From positions 119,523,359 through 119,558,934 of the forward strand of contig NC_068985.1 in assembly GCF_001194135.2 (NCBI RefSeq): DNA of 35,576 nucleotides, read 5' to 3'. A program made the translations under genes and the position numbers. A model generated the notes under the pieces. It worked only from the letters and a program-made list of their open reading frames with translations. It was not told the DNA's origin and did not search any database. Shown here piece by piece: positions 34,088-35,576 of the stretch. The first letter of the stretch is position 1. Each line of letters starts with the position of its first letter. The DNA is from Octopus bimaculoides. Its lineage: Eukaryota.

Positions 34088-34600
34088 GGATGAAAGGCAA
34101 AGTCGACCTCGGCGGAATTTAAACTTAGCCATTAAGGACAGATTAAATACTGCTAAGAGTTTTTCCCGTGCTAACAATATTCTTTTCTACTCTAGGCAGA
34201 AGGCCCGAATTTTTTTTTTTGTGGGGGGGGCAGTCAATTAGTAACTGGTACTTAATTTATCGACCCCGAAAGGATGAAAGGCAAAGTCGACCACGGCGAA
34301 ATTTGAACTCAGAACGTAAAGATAGACGAAATACCGCTAAGCATTTCGTCCGGGGTGTTAACATTTCCTATTTCTTTACTGCCCACAAGGGGCTACACAC
34401 AGAGGGGACAAACAAGGACAGACAAACGGATTAAACCGATCACATCGACCCCAGTGCGTAACCGGTACTTATTTTATCGACCCCGAAAGGATGAAAGGCA
34501 CAGTCGACCTCAGCGGAATTTGAACTCAGAACGTAGCGGCAGACGAAATCCCGCTAAGCATTTCGCCCGGCGTGCTAACGTTTCTGCCAGCTCGCCATCT
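34088..34600 (-). mobile_element. Three head-to-tail SINE copies (34088-34175, 34182-34362, 34363-34600)
   Basis: The block gaaaggatgaaaggca(a/c)agtcgacc(t/a)c.gcg.aattt.aact occurs three times; the third copy has an alternative 3' module (tatttctttactgcccacaagggg...). Confidence 0.85.
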
Positions 34601-35174
34601 TCTTCAATGATGTAATTAACAGGAATTTAGAGCGAATGCAATATACTCGCTCCTCCACGAATTCATTCTTTTCTGCCAAAAGTTGAAGCAATTATGATTA
34701 TGGACTTGGTTAAGTTTTCTATGTTCTGATTTCATATCTTTTCAGGTTTGACTTCACCTTTAATCTACTAGACGTCTATGAGATAAATACAATCCAAGAA
34801 GATGTGTTAATTAAATCGACTGTATTTTCGCTAAACACACATTTATCAATATCTGATTTGAGTTAGCATTAATTATGTACGAGGTATGTAACAATAAAAT
34901 TTTCATTTTCTGAAGTTCAAGTATTAATTAATCTAGGGCGAGTAGGTGAGAGGAAGGAGGAGGAGGGAGAAGAGACTAGCGAGAGGGAAAGAATGAGTGA
35001 GTCAAAGTATGAGGGAGGAGAAAAATAAATAGCGACAGAGAGAGAGAGAAATATAAAGAGAGAGAGAGAGAAAGATAGAGGGAATCAAAGAAGGAGAAAA
35101 CTTTAGACAAGTCAACAAATTATGCTCATAGTAAAACCTGGAGTAGTTTGTCTCTTGAAAGAGCCTCGCCAGTC

Positions 35175-35400
35175 TAGTGGTTATGGTGTTCGGCTCATTA
35201 TTAAAAGACCGTGTGCTGGATTCCTGGACCACACTACACATCGTGTTCTTGAGCAAGGTACTTCATTTCACATTGCTCCAGCCTCTTCGGCAATTATGAT
35301 GAGCATCAGCTGATAACTGGTGGTGCCTTCTCACCTTCTATGTTCTGCAGTATCAAGAATAAGAAGACCGAGTGAGTGTCTATGTCCGCTTTGCAACTAC
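35175..35400 (+). mobile_element. tRNA-derived SINE (third family); a related decayed copy lies on - at ~20500-20620
   Basis: tctagtggttatggtgttcggctc (A-box-like), ggattcc (B-box remnant), cttgagcaaggtacttcatttcacattgctccag. Confidence 0.55.
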
Positions 35401-35576
35401 ATGGTTACGTGAAATAATTAGCACGAATATGGTACATGCTACCAGCTCATACTAGCTTGCAAGTGACTATGATTGGTTATAACACACACACAAACACACA
35501 CACATCTATTTAACTTTTACTTTAAAAGAAAAACAGAAATAATGCTATAGCTGAAATTATATATATATATATATAT

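Overview
AT-rich, microsatellite- and SINE-dense metazoan genomic DNA with two short N gaps. The SINE families and repeat landscape look like an Octopus genome (inferred from recalled repeat families, not proven). There is one clear host gene: an uninterrupted 864-codon ORF on + (7671/7686-10265) encoding an N-terminal RASSF (RASSF9/10-type) protein, with an N-terminal RA domain, coiled coils, a long polyQ/Pro insert and a C-terminal ETLV tail. Almost everything else is transposon debris: four R4/Dong-clade RLE retrotransposon fragments, CR1/L2-group and RTE fragments, a Penelope-like GIY-YIG fragment, a MULE transposase remnant and about 20 tRNA-derived SINE copies. Most other entries in the ORF track are microsatellite or antisense artefacts. 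Most notable observations: (1) the exact 5' end of 18S rRNA (64 nt) embedded co-directionally inside a CR1/L2 reverse-transcriptase sequence; (2) a hammerhead-ribozyme-like remnant overlapping the Penelope stop codon; (3) a degenerate ~150-bp tandem array whose most conserved word is the forkhead motif TGTAAACA; (4) three candidate splice acceptors with uORFs and a (TG)26 tract in front of the RASSF CDS; (5) a triple SINE stack joined at the same A-box position. I see no evidence of a complete new multi-gene system. The candidates above are retroelement or regulatory phenomena and need the checks listed.
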